Positions 44,721-59,239 of a DNA stretch of 64,000 nt are shown one piece after another. The notes below the pieces were generated by a model that was not told where the DNA came from, searched no databases, and saw only the letters and a list, made by a program, of their open reading frames with translations. Origin of the DNA: the human T2T-CHM13v2.0 reference genome, Homo sapiens; NCBI RefSeq assembly GCF_009914755.1, contig NC_060930.1. One strand, written 5' to 3'. Each line of letters starts with the position of its first letter. The first letter of the stretch is position 1. Made by a program: the position numbers and the translations under genes.

Positions 44721-46970
44721 ATTATAGTACAGAGAGCATTTCTTGTTCAAACAATTCCTCAAATGTGTGAACCTGAGAATCAACATTGTGTATAACTGTG
44801 GTTTGAGCATTTCATCCTGCTTCCTTGCAAAAGGATTAGAGGCAGCTTAAAGATTAAATAGGTATGGAACGGGTGCTGGGGGGGGCCAGGGAAAACTTGA
44901 GTAGAAATCACAGGGAGGTGGTGTGCTCCAGGGACCCCGGAAGAACTGTGTGATTTCAAAGCCAGCTGATTAAAAAACCTTTGATTAGAAAGGACTGCAC
45001 TGTTGCTCCAGCCCTCAGAAAATAATACTGTGCTCAGTCCTGATAAACAAAATGCCCAGGTGTGGAGGTAATGAGGCAGGCTCATTTTTTTTAAAATACA
45101 AAATAAATCTTGGAAGTAAGAGTTAAGATGAGAAGTTTGGTCTTAAGCCATCTCCACCCAATACTGCAAGGTGAGAGGCTGACCCCCTACCTAACGAAAA
45201 GGAAAGGAAATTGAGTCTAAAGGGAAGTGATTCCAGCTCCTATCACAGGATCATAGTGGTTTTGCATCTATATGTATATTTCTGCCTGTGCCCAGTTTTG
45301 GAAGAAAGGACCTTGTATTCAACCCAACGCTGCTTGTCCTTGAGTTAGAAGGATAAGGCAGATGGTGTCAGCATCCCAAGGTGTTTCTTCCTAACCTTTC
45401 TTATTGTCCTTCCTTGCCTCCTGCACCAAATCTCTTGGGGAGGGAGCAGCCCAGGAGGAAATAATAGATCGTCAAATGGGTTGGGGGAGCAGTGTTTTTT
45501 CCAAAATAATTTAGGCTCATTTTATCATTCTTATGTTTTCCCTCAAAGCTCTAAGCAGTACATCGTCCTAAGCTGAATTTAACATTGCTCCAGAATATAT
45601 ATTTATCATAGTTGTACATTCAGACACAATATGCATAACCTTAAACAGCCAGGATGCACTTGTGAATCAGGGGCTTCCCTTACTTAATCCTGCGCAAGAG
45701 AGGCAAAGCAGGCACGTGGGTCTGATTCCCTGTGCGGTCTCCTTCATGAGGAGCATATGTGAAATACCTTTGAAATACAGAGAAGATTGAGACAGCTTTT
45801 CTCTTTCTGGTACAGTTGCTTTCCTGCTGAATTAAATGAGATGACCCTGTCTTCAACAAATAAATGAATGGAGGCATTTGAGGCCCATTTAACAAATGCA
45901 CAAAATATGCCTGCCTCTGTTTTTCCTCCCTTCAGAGCTTTAGCCTCCAGCCCACGGAGTTGTGATGATGAAGCCCACCTCCTAAGTGGGACTCAGCTCA
46001 GTTTCTGTATCATATTTAAAACAGAGTATGTTGCTTATTTCTAAAATTGCATAGCACCTCACCACTAACTATTTTGCTGCATAGAGGTATTTCATCACTA
46101 AGAGAGCTATATAGAGAAACTCACTCAAATCCTGATTCATCATTGTTGATAGAACTTAACTATTGTGTCATCATCACCTGACATGGGCTGCAGAAGCTCC
46201 AAGGATTGCTATAGATCTCAATTGAGACTTCTAGTAACAGAGCTAGAAAGGAGCCTTTTAAAGTGTAGCCATGACTCTGGTCATTAGGTATATGCATGTT
46301 CAAATATTCCCTTACGTGCTTGTTTTCGCTTTCATAACAATTTCCAGGGATGAAAACTTAGCAGATTATTTTTATAATGAAGAGTATTCAAATTAACAAT
46401 GTGTATCCACCAGCTAACAAGTTTTAAATTCCACAGAAATCAGCATCACAAGCATAGTAAAATCAAGTTTTCATTCTTTCCTCTTCTGCCATAATGACTT
46501 CATTCAAGGCCTAGTCCCAGACCAAGTGCATGGAAACGATGGCTCATGTCTCTCAACATTTGCCCAAGGGAATGGTGCCTACCTTGCAACTCAGCGTGAT
46601 GTCACCTTTATTAGCCATTCTGGTGTCTATACAAAATATTTGCTCCCCATTTCTTCTTATCGATGCCTGGTCAGCAACAATCATGTAAATAAGTTTCCAT
46701 TCTTTTGAGGAAGATAACGAAGTCAGCGTTTTTCAGAAGTGGTGCCTAGGAAGAGACAAAATCCAGGACACACCTCTAGTTCAGGTAACACTGCAATATA
46801 TTTCAATTTCCTGCTGCGTGATGGGGTTATTATTGAAGAGGGAAGTAAGGTATATCATTCACAGCACATTGTCCCCACCTGGCTCAAGCACCACCCATTC
46901 CCCAGGTGGGCTCAATATGCTACCCCCACCACCACCAAGATACCAAGGCTGCAAATGAAAAGTAGATCTC

Positions 46971-47283
46971 AGCCAGGCATGATGGGTCACACCTGTAATT
47001 CCAACACTTTAGGAGGCCAAGGCAGGAGGATCACATGAGCCCATGAGTTCGAGACCAGCCTGAGCAAAATAATGAGAACTCATCTCTACAAAAAAATTTA
47101 AAATGAGCCAAGTATAGTGGTGTGTACCTGTAGTCCCAGCTACTTGGGAGGTTGAAGTGAGAGGATCGCTTGAGCCCAGAAAGCCAAAGTTGCAGTGAGC
47201 CAAGTTTGTGCCACGGCACTACAGCCTAGGTGACAGAGCAAGGCCTTGTCTCAAAAAAAGAAAAGAAAAGAAAGAAAAAGAAA
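46971..47283 (+). mobile_element. AluJ
   Basis: aggatcacatgagccc and ggatcgcttgagccc J-type diagnostics; TSD aaagtagatctc/aaagtaggtctc. Confidence 0.88.
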
Positions 47284-48533
47284 GTAGGTCTCTTTGCAGA
47301 AAGCCTCAGGCCCTGAACTTTTGTGTCATCTTCTCATTACTCAAGTCTAATTCCCTACATCTCACTTTTACACACAGATCATTTTTTTCATGTTTGTTTT
47401 GATTGCCCACCCTGGAATTCTATTTCTGCACTACCCTTTAAAAGTGAAAGATCAAATCTAACGCTCTAATGTGGGAAAGCATTCCCTCTATTTCTACAAG
47501 CTTATTTACACAAAAAAATAAGCTTGAGACTGATCAAAAGCTGAATTTCTACCAAATAGGAACTTACTTTTTATGCCGTAAATTATCAAGGCCATCTCAA
47601 GGCAGAGGTGAGTTTAGCATCTCATGCTTTATGCTCCTTTCTTCTGCACCTACCAGATTTTTATTACATGTGAAATTATATGAACATAAACCCCAGGGAA
47701 ACATTGAAGATGAGTGTGCCGTCACAAGTGACGAGGGGACAGATGAACAGGGAAGAGAAATGGGGCAGCAGCACTTTAGAGTGACTTACTTCTCTCTTGT
47801 TTTCTCCTCCCTGAATCATTTTCTAGAACCAGTATTGTGGCCCCTAAAATTTGGGGCTTAGGTCAGTCAACTTACCAAAGTTCATCTTCCTGGTGATGAA
47901 AGGACTTTCATCAAAATCCCAGCTACTTTTTATTCGTTCCCACATTTTGTGGATTAAGAAACTGAGAACCAGAATTTATAGAGATCACTCAATCAATTGG
48001 CATATTCCCGGATCACAACAAATTGATAAAATTCTTGAGAACCCTCTTTCTAATACAGATTGACTATAATTTTGTCTTTCATTTTTAGTTCTCTTATTTT
48101 GTCTCATGCACTGTGGATTATCTGGTTTACTGCAGTCCTTACCTGAATAGATGTCAGTGTTTTGATCCCATTGTTGTATTCCCCTAAAACACGTCAAATG
48201 AAAAACTGGACACTTTAATAGGTTTATTGTTAGCACTCTCTCATGCTGATCAATTCTCAACACATGCAGTTGTAGGATTAGGAAGACAAAATCCTTTAGA
48301 AGAAGCTATGAAACCTAATCCTTCTGCATCTGGATCATTTTAAACTACAAGTTGTAAGAGGAATGAGCATCTCTGGATTCTAGTTATCAGTGCAGACCAG
48401 ATGGAAGGTCTTTATGAAATCTGGTATGAGAAGGAAAGCATTTTATAGCAAGAAGAAAATATTTTGAGAAATAGCTACCAGCAGCAGCAGCTAGCAGTTC
48501 TAAAACTCTCAGATCCTCCTAATGACCCCATTA

Positions 48534-48627
48534 GGGAGGGAGGAAGGGAGCAAGGAAGGAAGGAATGAAGGAAGGAAAGAAGAAAGGAAGGAAGGAAGGA
48601 AGGAAGGGAAGGAGGGAAGGAGGGAAG
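48534..48627. repeat. (GGAA/GGGA)n purine-rich repeat
   Basis: gggagggaggaagggagcaaggaaggaagg... Confidence 0.9.
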
Positions 48628-50504
48628 TGTTATAAATATTGGTCAGGGAAAAGTTTTATTATTAATGACAGATTAAATAATTAGCTACTAGGAAAATTCA
48701 AGGGGATACATAAAAATGCCATTAGAAAGAATAAGAGAACCCAGTAAGGTGGCTAGCTACAATAGCTTGCCTGGTTAGCGACAATATAATCATAGGGATT
48801 TATATTACGCTTGTACACTGTTGGGCAGAAAACATGCCTGAGAGGTATAAAAGATGCTGTTAGCATCCAAGAAAAATGGGAAAGGAAAGCCCACCTCATC
48901 TGAGGAAGATGGAGGAAGAAGAACCTACAGAAAAGGATTCCACATTCCAAACTCATCCCTCTGAATTCAGTAATATTTATCCTTATATGATTTCTGACAG
49001 TGTAGTTTGTCATTGTAATTAATTCTTTCCTGTAAGTAAACAAGAATTGTATACTTACTTAAGTACCTTACATTTTAAACTTTATTACATAGTCCTAATT
49101 TTAATGTTGAACTCTGCCCTAGTCAAGGAAGTATTTGTTACCTAACACAAGAATTTGATATACAGTCATCCATAAACACTATCCTACCATATAGTTCATC
49201 ATAATTTAACATTCAAAGAAAGAAGCATGATTTCCTCTTTTATTATGCTTTCATTTGAGCCATTTTAACTTTCTTACCATTCTTTCCTTCTGAACCTAAT
49301 TCAATTCCTTACACAATGCTCTAAAAAATCAAGGATTAAATATGTAACTTAATTTATAATTAGCAAATACATCATTTACAAGATGCATTCATATTGGCAA
49401 GCATATTTTATTTCATAGATTGTAAACTGGTAAAACAATGTAATCTCCTCACCCTCTCTGCAATACAGTAAGCCTGTTTCTAAGACCATCAAGGTTTTAC
49501 TTTATGTCCGAGGCATTGGAGAACCAGACTGTACTGACCCCAGGGTTTGGTGACTTACATATAAATGAAGCATCTTACCAAGAAGGGATGAAAAATGACT
49601 TTAGAGGAAGCAAAAGTCTCAAAGCTCACAAGACTTGATTACTTTCAGCTTGGTGACAGAGGCAATGCTCTTGTGATGCAGATGGAGTAATTTCTCCAGC
49701 ACAAAAGATGTCCAGCCGGGTCCCATTGGCTTTGAGATAATCTCTCACATTGCATTAAGTGTACTGAGTACCCTTTCTCAGACTTATGTACCATTAGCAT
49801 GCATTTAATTAACAGTTAATGATTACATAGTATTGTTACTATTACCACATAGTCCTGTTATATTAAAATACATGAAATTTGTAGCTATGTTTTGCCTGTT
49901 TAGTAAAATGAGTCTGAATCTAAGGGTGAGAGGGTCTACACACAGCCAAGAGGATGGGGTATTAACCCAGGCCTGTGTGAAGATATTTGCATCTCATGGA
50001 ATGCTCTCCAGAGAACAAACTGACCTACCCTGTGCATGTCAGCTAAGCTCCCGCCAGCTTCCTCAGGGCTTGCTGAATGTACAGTGAGTGCCACAGTGCC
50101 AGCGTGGCAGTGAAGCACAGGCCCAACTCTACGGACCTGGGGTCAGAAGGCCTGGGTTAATACCCCATTCTCTTGGCTGTATGAGCTGCATGGTCTGTCA
50201 TCGTTACAATGGGGACAATAATACATGCCCTGTCTACCTCAGCCTCCTTTCAGGGAAGTTTCTCAAAACAGAATATGCTATTGTGATTCATTGTCACCTG
50301 TGATGTCAAACTGCACCTTGTGTTATACTACTAGGGGGTAACACAGCATGGGGCTCAAGCCCAAGCTCTCGAGTCCAGAAAGCCAGGTTCATATCCCAGC
50401 TCTGCCATTCATTAACTGCTTTCACATCTCTAAACCTCAGTTTCCTCATTTGTTGGGGCTCACATAACAGTACTATGTCATAGGGCTATTTATGAGGATT
50501 AAAT

Positions 50505-51074
50505 GTGTGTATTCATTATTGCTAAATAATAAATTACCCCAAAACCTAATGGCTTAAAGCAACAGATTTTTATTATCTCTATGATCATAGTTCCATGGGT
50601 TGGGAATCTGGGTATGGCTTAGCTAGGTCCTCTGGCTCAGGTCTGTCACTCACAGGCTGCAAAGTTTCAGCCGAGACTGCAGACATCTCAAGGCTCAACT
50701 GGGGAAAGGTAACGCTTCCAAGCTCGCTCACGTGGCTGTTGACAAGCCTCAGGTCCCAGCTGGCTGCTGGCTGGAGACGTTCTTTTGCTACCACATGGAC
50801 CTCTCTATAGGGCTACTAACAAAACAGAGTGCTTCATGCAGATGTTGCAGCTTGCTGTCCTTGGAGCAAGGGCTAAGATTGAAAGATAGCAAAATAGAAG
50901 CCAAGGTCTTTTTGTAACCTGATATCAGAAGTGATATCCCATGGCTTCTGCTGTGTTCCTCATTAGAGACAAGTCACTAGTTTCAGCCTAATTCAAGGGG
51001 AAGGGATTACACAGTGGGAGGAATACCTACAGGAACCAAATCATTGAGAGCCACCTGAGATACTGCCTGCCACA
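50505..51074 (-). mobile_element. MaLR LTR (MLT1F/G/H-like)
   Basis: aaattaccccaaaacctaatggcttaaagcaac...ggtatggcttagctaggtcctctggctcagg...ctgcctgccaca. Confidence 0.7.
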
Positions 51075-51957
51075 ATATAAGACATCAGAAGCTGTTTGAT
51101 AAAGACTCAATTCAGTATCACCTCGTGGTTTTATCTCATAGTAATGTTCTCAGACTGAAATTAGATAATCTGTCAAAGAATTTGTAAAATATAAAGCTCT
51201 ATACAATATCAAGATTTTATTAGTTTTATTAATGCTGAGAATCCAGTTCCACTTTATAGATAGTGATATAAGAACAGCAAATCAATGATTAAGAGATGTG
51301 AATTTTACACCTTGCTGTGTGTGTGACCTTGGAAAAGCCATTTATTTGTTTCATACCTTAGTTCTCTCATGAAAGTGATGATAATAACAGACTTACCAGG
51401 ATAAAATAGATAATAGACAGCCATGCAGCACATTGACAATATTTTGGTCACCCACAAACCACATATATGACAGTGGTCCCACAAATTATAATGGAGCTGA
51501 AAAATTCCTACAGCCTAGTGACATCATCGCTATTGCAATGTTGTTGTAGCACAATGTATCGCTCATGTGCTTGTGATGAGGCTGGTGTAAGCAAACCTGT
51601 GCTGCCAGTTGTATAAAAGTATAGCACATACAATTATGTATAGTATATAATACTTGATAATAAACAACTGTTACTGGTTTATACATTTACTGTACTATAC
51701 TTTTTATCATTATTTTGGGGTGTGTTCCTACTTAATTAAAAAAAAAAAGTGAAAAGAAGTTTAACTGTAAAACAGCCTCAGGCAGGTCCTTCAGAAGGTA
51801 TCCCAGAAAACAGCATTGTTATTACAGGAGATGACAGCTCCATGCATGTTATTGCCCCGAAGGACCTTCCAACGGACAGGATGTGTAAATAGATACAGTG
51901 ATACTGATAATCCTGAGCCTGTGTAGGCTAAGGCTAATGTGTCTGTATCTTAGTTTT

Positions 51958-52243
51958 GTTTGTTTGTTTGTTTGTTTGTTTGAGACAGAGTCTCAGTCGC
52001 CCAGGCTGGAGTGCAGCAGCACAATCTCACCTCATTGCAACCTCCGCCTCCCAGGTTCAAGCAATTCTCCCACCTCAGCTTCCTAGTAGCTGGGATTACA
52101 GGCACTCACCACCATGCCCAGCTAATTTTTTGAATTTTTAGTAGAGACGGGATTTCACCATATTGGCCATGCTGGTCTTGAACCCCCGACCTCAAATGAT
52201 TCGCCCGCCTCAGCCTCCCAAAGTGCTGGGATTACAGGCGTGA
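51958..52243 (-). mobile_element. AluS, slightly 5'-truncated, 13-bp TSD; candidate exonised Alu 51989-52239 on + strand
   Basis: (TTTG)n tail; TSD gtatcttagtttt 51945-51957 / 52244-52256; acceptor gagacAG| at 51988; donor GGC|GTGAGT at 52239. Confidence 0.9.
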
Positions 52244-52426
52244 GTATCTTAGTTTTTAACAAAAAAGTGTGAAAAGGAAAGAAAAAATTTAAAGTTTTAA
52301 AAATAGAAAAAAGTTTATAAAATAATGTTATAAATAATGAGAATATTTTTGTATAGCTATACAATGTGTTTTAAGCTAAGTGCTATTACAAAAAGAGTCA
52401 AAAAGGTTTTTTTAATTTAAAAGTTT

Positions 52427-52755
52427 GGGGGTTTTTTGTTTTGTTTTTGTTTTTGTTTTTGTTTTTTTGAGATGACGTTTCTTTCTTGCCTCCCAGACTG
52501 GAGTGCAGTGGCGTGGTGATCCCAGTTCACTGCAACGTCCGCCTCCCCAGTTTCAAGCAATTCTCCTGCCTCAGCCTCCCAAGTAACTGGGATTACAGGC
52601 ATGTGCCACCATGCCCAGCTAAATTTTGTATTTTTAGTAGAGATGGGGATTCACTATGTTGGCCAGGCTGGTCTCAATCTCCTGACCTCAGGTGGTTTAC
52701 CTGCCTCGGCCTCCCAAAGTGCTGGTATTACAGGCATGAGCCACCACACCCGGCC
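52427..52755 (-). mobile_element. AluSx-like
   Basis: (TTTTTG)n tail; ctcctgacctcaggtg; ends cccggcc; TSD aatt(t/a)aaaagttt. Confidence 0.9.
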
Positions 52756-53481
52756 TAATTAAAAAGTTTATAAAGTAAAAAAGTTATAGTAAGATAAGGT
52801 TAACTTATTATTGGAGAGAGAAAAAATGGTTTTTACAAATTAGGTATAGCTTAAGTGTACAGTGTTTTTAAAGTCTACAGTAGTGTACAGTAATGTACTA
52901 GGCCTTCATATTCGCTCAACACTGACTCACTGACTCACCCAGAGCAGCTTCTAATCCTGCAAACTCCATTCATGATAAGTTCCCTACACAAGTATCCCAT
53001 TTTTTATCTTTATACCATATTTTCACTGTACCCTTTCTACGTTTAGATACACAAATACTATTGTGTTACATTTGCCTACAGTATTCAATACAGTAACATG
53101 CTGTCTGGCTTTGTAGCCTAGAAGCAATAGGCTATGCCACATAGCCTAGGTGTGCAGTAGGCTACACCATCTAGGTTTGTGGAAGTACACATCTTGATGT
53201 TCACACAATGATGAAATGGCCTAACAATGCATTTCTCAGAATGTATGATGCATGGCTATATATAAAATTATGCTGAAATCTAAAAAAATGAGATGATGGT
53301 CATAATGACAATGATGAAGATGACTATATGTTTCAGCTTCTACTCCATGGTCCTTTGAGGACAACTGAAGTAACTAGATATGATTTTTGTCAGTTGTGTT
53401 TTAAGTGTATGTATCAAATCCAGCTACCCCAAGTTTTACAATAACTTTATATGGTTTAATCTTATCTTGCTGAACACATTA

Positions 53482-53931
<450 letters not shown>

Positions 53932-54582
53932 TTATCCTCATTATTTTAATTTTCTGGCATTGTAGCAACACCTGTATAAATATTTATAGTTACTTAAGAA
54001 CTCACAAAACAACCTTTTGAAGTAGGCAAATAAAACCAACTCTTGGTTATCTCAAAGAGTTCTTTTTGTTTGATTCTTGTGTTATCTACATTTCTTCTCT
54101 CACTGTAAATTGGCATAAATTTGGCAGATACAAAACAAGTAAAGTTCAAACTCCTCCACTCAACCACTTTAAGGGATTTTTTTTCCTGCTTATAAGTATA
54201 TCACATGTTCATTGTAGAAAATTTGGAAATGCAGAAAAGTATAAAAAATGTAGTTAAAGTTACTCTTATTGCCACCACCAAGAGGCAGCCACTATTGATA
54301 CTTTGATGAATTTCTGCCTTAGTGCTTTCCCTCTCTATAGGGAGAAAAGAGTGGTTTCTTTTTCAATGAAATCAGGAGTATGTTATATACTTTTCTTGTG
54401 TTCTGCTTTCTCTAATTAACATTATTTTTTAAATGATATTTCCATTTATTGATTCAACAACATAAATTAGTAAATATTGACTATATCCAAAGTGGAATTT
54501 GGATGAACTGTAAGAAATATAGTTAATAATTGAATTCAGATTTTTTAAATCAATTCCAACAATTGTGAAGTAGTTTCTTTTC

Positions 54583-54949
54583 CTTTTTTTAAAAAATTTT
54601 ACTTTAAGTTTGGTGATACATACGCAGAATGTGCAGGTTTGTTACATAGGTGTACATGTGCCACGGTGGTTCACTGCACCTATCAACCTGTCATCTAGGT
54701 TTTAAGCCCTGCATGCGTTAGGTATTTGTCCTAATGCTCACCCTCCCTTTACCCTCCACCCCGCGACAGGCCCCAGTGTGTGATGTTCCCCTCCTTGTGT
54801 TCATGTGTTCTCATTGTTCAACTCCCACTTATGAGTGAGAACACGTGGTGTTTGGTTTTCTGTTCCTGTGTTAGTTTGCCGAGAATGATGGCTTCCAGCT
54901 TCATCCATGTCCCTGCAAAGGACATGAACTCATTCTTTTTTATGGCTGC
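54583..54949 (-). mobile_element. L1PA8-like 3' end nested in an ancient L1ME-like remnant (~54190-55140)
   Basis: gtcatctaggttttaagccctgcatgcgttaggtatttgtcc. Confidence 0.85.
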
Positions 54950-55339
54950 AAACATTATCTATTTAATAAGTTTCACATGTAATTATTATTTGAAAACATC
55001 ATTTCTAATAAGTATATAATATTGTTGTATGGATATACTATATCTTATTTAACCAGTCATTACTATTGGACTTTTAGGTGGTTGTCAGTTTTTATACTGT
55101 AAAATTATAGCATGAAAAGAAAATTTTTACATAAGTCTTTGTCATTCATTATTCTAGTTATCTTAGTAAAAGTAGCAAAGGAGTCCTTGAAGTCACTAGG
55201 GGGAAATGAGGTTTGGTAATCCAAGTATAAATATATACACCACAGTCTTCTCTTCCCTCTTCCCTACCACTTCCTCTCACCTCCCACTGGCAGAAATTTG
55301 CAGGCTTTTAATGCTGGAAATTGCTGAAGTAACAATCTA

Positions 55340-55792
55340 ATTGGGGTGGCCATCTGTCGTTTTTGGCCCATATCGTTCAGGTCACACTGAATGCACCCTT
55401 GGCTCCAAGAGTGACATGGGACCCAGGCCCATCCAAACATCTTGTTCTCCAGGGCACTGTGATTGGTTCAGGGATAGGCCGTGATCCAAGCAGACCAATT
55501 GGAATCAATGAGGCTCAGTTGAGAGGTGTTCAGGTGCCATCACCTACATTGGATTTGGAGATTTAAGGATACATGCCAGGAACTGCAGGGACCCAACATA
55601 AGGGGAGTGCCTCCTGAGGATAAAACTTTACATGGAGGAAGGAAGAGCCCAGAGATGGAGAAAGATTCTTGGGTATATTATTTAAGTTTCTGGATCCACC
55701 TGTGCCTGATCTACACTTGACACTGAAGTTTCATGAGCAAGTAAAGTCTCCTTCTCACTTATGCCAATTTAAGAAGATTTCTGTCATTTGTC
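55340..55792 (+). mobile_element. ERVL-type LTR remnant (LTR16-like)
   Basis: tgacatgggacccaggcc...gtgattggttcagggatagg...ccaattggaatcaatg...tttctgtcatttg. Confidence 0.5.
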
Positions 55793-55849
55793 TTTTAAAA
55801 GGTCTTTAATAATCCAGAGATTTTTACCCTCTCAATTGATGAAAATGAG

Positions 55850-56065
55850 TTGTAGTTAAGACAGATTCTGGAACTGAATCCTAGTTCCATCACTGACAGT
55901 GTAACGAGGGAAGGTTATATGACCTTTCCCCAGTCAGCTTCCCTACCTATAAAATGAAAATAATGCTAATACTTATCACCTCAGAGAGGTTTTTGCAGGG
56001 TTAAGTAAGTTAATATGTGAAAAAGTGCTTAAAACAGTATCTGGTATATTTTAATTACTACGTAA
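55850..56065 (+). mobile_element. MIR
   Basis: gaatcctagttccatcact...cagcttccctacctataaaatg...aagtgcttaaaacagtatctgg. Confidence 0.65.
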
Positions 56066-57149
56066 GTGTGTCCCTGCTGCTGCTGCTGCTGTTGTTATTT
56101 TGAAGGCAGAAAGAAAATGCAGGAGAGTAAATGACCTATTTCACTCATGCAGAGATTTAGCAGCCAAGCTAAAATTCAAATTTAGGTCTTCTCTTTTCTC
56201 TGCTTGTTGTTCTTTCTCAAGAGCTAAGCCTATCGTCATCTTTATGATATATTTGAGTATTAAGCTTTCAGAAGTTTCCATCCACATAATTGAACATTTC
56301 TATCAAAAGTTTTGAGGTAGACCAGGAGGCCAGAAAATAGATTTAAGTTACTAGCAATAACCAGATGCTACTGTAGGATTATAGGTTATCACAACTTGTA
56401 ACTAAAAATTATGATTTTTATTATAATAAGTTTAATTACATTTATTTAATTTTAATTAAAATTAAAATACATTTTATTATTATAATTTCTACTTTAACAA
56501 GTAACTATACCTTTCACTGTGTTTTATTTAGCACCTTTCACAGTGTTGTTGTCTTTTTTAATATACCTTCCTATTAAACCAGTTGCTCTTTGCAGAATGC
56601 TTGAATCATTTGGCTCTTGGTTAGTAGGCTCCCGTTACCTAACCAAGCACTGAGTGAACGTATTTACTGGGGAGGCAGCTGGTCTCTCCCAAATGTAAAT
56701 CAGATTTCATCATGTCTGGCTTGGAGAGAACGTGGCATATGGCAAATGAAGACACAGCTGCATAGTGAAATTTTCCATCACAAGTTAGTCTAATACCTGA
56801 ATGCAGAGTGAATAAAACATTTTCTAAACAAGAATATTATGTTCAAATTCATAATCATTGTTAAATATTAAGAGTCAGGTTATTTCCCTTGAATTATACA
56901 AAATTTCACTATTCTTGAAAAAGTACATGTTATCTTATATTTAATGTCATACTATTCACATCCAGGCTGCCTTTCAACTTCTATTATTTAAAAATATTTT
57001 CAGATATCTACATTGCCTGTTATTAAAATGCAAACTGTTCTTTGAGTAGAGAACCTTTGTGTAAGGCCTTACAAAGTTCTGATAGAGATGAAGTGCACGG
57101 AAGGAATGACAGTGTGGTGGGAAGGTCCATGGCCTTAGGGGAATGGGTG

Positions 57150-57385
57150 GGAGCCTAAGCTTTGGAGCAGTTAGGTTGGAATTCAGACAAAGCCCTGCCA
57201 CTTCTAGGCTGCAAAGGTATTGAACAAGGTACTTAACTACCCTCTGCCTCAGTTTCCTTATCTGTGATAAGAATAATATCATGTAATGATAATACAAACA
57301 TCATAGGATTGTCAGAATCAAAATGAGAAAATGTATGCAATATTCTTAGCATAGTACCTGCCACATAATAAGCACTCAAAAATAA
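57150..57385 (+). mobile_element. MIR
   Basis: acttaact..ctctgcctcagtttccttatctgt...cttagcatagtacctgccacataataagcactcaa. Confidence 0.75.
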
Positions 57386-59197
57386 TAAGACCTGCTTCAT
57401 CACTGGCTCTAAAGTTGTGTCCAATTGGTTTCATAACCCTAAGAAGGCTATCAAATCTTCCTGGGCCTCAGTTTTGTCATTAGATGAGTAAATTGGACCA
57501 AATTCTATAAAAAGTGCCTTTGGGGGTTAAAATGCTATGACAATGCCCATACACATTGGGGTAAACCAAAAATCTATAACAGGGGCAAACTTGGGAAGAT
57601 TTTTTCAAATCTGTTTTTCTACACTGAAATTGAGCTGCATCCCTTCTCCAAAGGTGATCATCTTCTCTAATAATAAAGCAAGGTTTGTCTATTTTTAACT
57701 TTTTATTGATCCAGTGCTCAGATTTTTCAGCACCATTTGGGGAGGAGTGTTCAATGCCTCATTGCAGAACCTTCCTTGTCATGATGATTTTGATAATATT
57801 ATTGACATTCTTTCAGATTCCATAGTGAGTCTTTGTCATGATCAAAGGGCTCATGATGCTGATAACACAAACAAGAGTAACCAGTTCAAGAATTAATTTG
57901 GTTAATGAGGATCACTAATACGGATAATTTCTTCCTAACTGTTTTGGCGGGATGCATTATTTGGTTGAGTGTATTATCTTGTCTACACTGATCAAGCTAG
58001 CTTGAAACTCTTCTTATCAGCCTTTAACTACGTACTTTACCAACACAGCCTTTGAAATATTTGTTTTCTTTTCATGAAGAGCTTTTAAATTTTTTGCCTA
58101 GATTCCAAAGTAAGAAATCAATTTAAATGGCATAACTTTCAAACTAGACTTCTGAAAGACTTTATGCATCATCAGTAAATCTAAATTGATATTTTTCTTT
58201 AAAAGATGCAACTTTTCTATTTCCTATGTAAATAACTGTGACTCTATTGATTTATAAACTCCAAGAACAATTACCACTAGGGAAAAAGACAGGATAAAGG
58301 AGCATTTGTTGTCAAGCAGATATAATATTTTGAACTGATGATAATGTTTCCCTTACAAAACATGCTTGTATTAACTGATATTTATACTCATTTTTGAAAA
58401 CTGAATTACAGATTTATGAAGGATATATTCGAAACTTAATTCACTAAAAGAAAAAAATATATATGTCTATTGAAATATCCCCTAAGAAGCAGAAAAATAT
58501 TTTTGTTCTAGTAGTATAAATGAATAATGCAAATAAGAATGTCACCTGAATTTTAAGTAACACACAGTATATTTGGACCCCAGATTGACAATTGGCAACA
58601 GTACCAGAAAATAAACTAGAAGCTAGATGCAGCCAGGCCTTGGCAAATATATTTTTATACTGTTGTTAAGAAACTCATAATAACTGCTTCCTCACTGATG
58701 TGAACTTTCCTTAGTTGACACTCTCTTGATTACAAGTACACGATGCCTACTTTAAATTATCCTTAATCATGAAGGGAATTTGTTAGAAGATGCCAGGATA
58801 TTTGGTGAAACTCAAGAGCTAGAGTTAGCTACTAGGAAATTATCAGGAATCTAGAACCTTATTTTTCTCTTCCCTTTTTTCTCTCCAAGACTGGCTTTGA
58901 ATATTTCTACACACATGTGGCTAAATGTGGGTGTCCCATAGCTCCTTAGTTTCAATTTCGAGATTCAAACAACTCACAGAGAAAACCAACAAGCATCTCT
59001 CACTCACAGTTCAAATTCCTAGAAAAAAAGGGAGTTTGGCCCAGCTATAGTTAGCTGTCTATCCCTAGCCCATCAACAATGGTGCAAACATAGGTGCTGG
59101 GAATCTAGTCTTAGCAGGAGGGGAACAGTATGCAGAAAAAGGGGGATCTGTGTTGTACAGACACCCCAAAAAAGTTGTCTTTTCTTCCTTTTGGCTT

Positions 59198-59239
59198 ACA
59201 CATACACACACACAGACACACACACACACACACACACAC
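59198..59239. repeat. (CA)n microsatellite, interrupted
   Basis: acacatacacacacacagacacacac... Confidence 0.9.

Larger units (their letters stand above)
51418..53258. mobile_element. Tigger3/Golem-type (Tigger3b-like) DNA transposon carrying two Alu insertions
   Basis: cagccatgc..gacagtggtccc..attataatggagctgaaaaattcc start; cctaacaatgcatttctcagaatgtat..gcatggcta end. Confidence 0.8.

Noticed and set aside
43206-44810. Many overlapping ORFs (up to 196 aa) around the CpG island
   Set aside because: Expected from stop-codon scarcity in GC-rich DNA; low-complexity translations with no recognisable homology.
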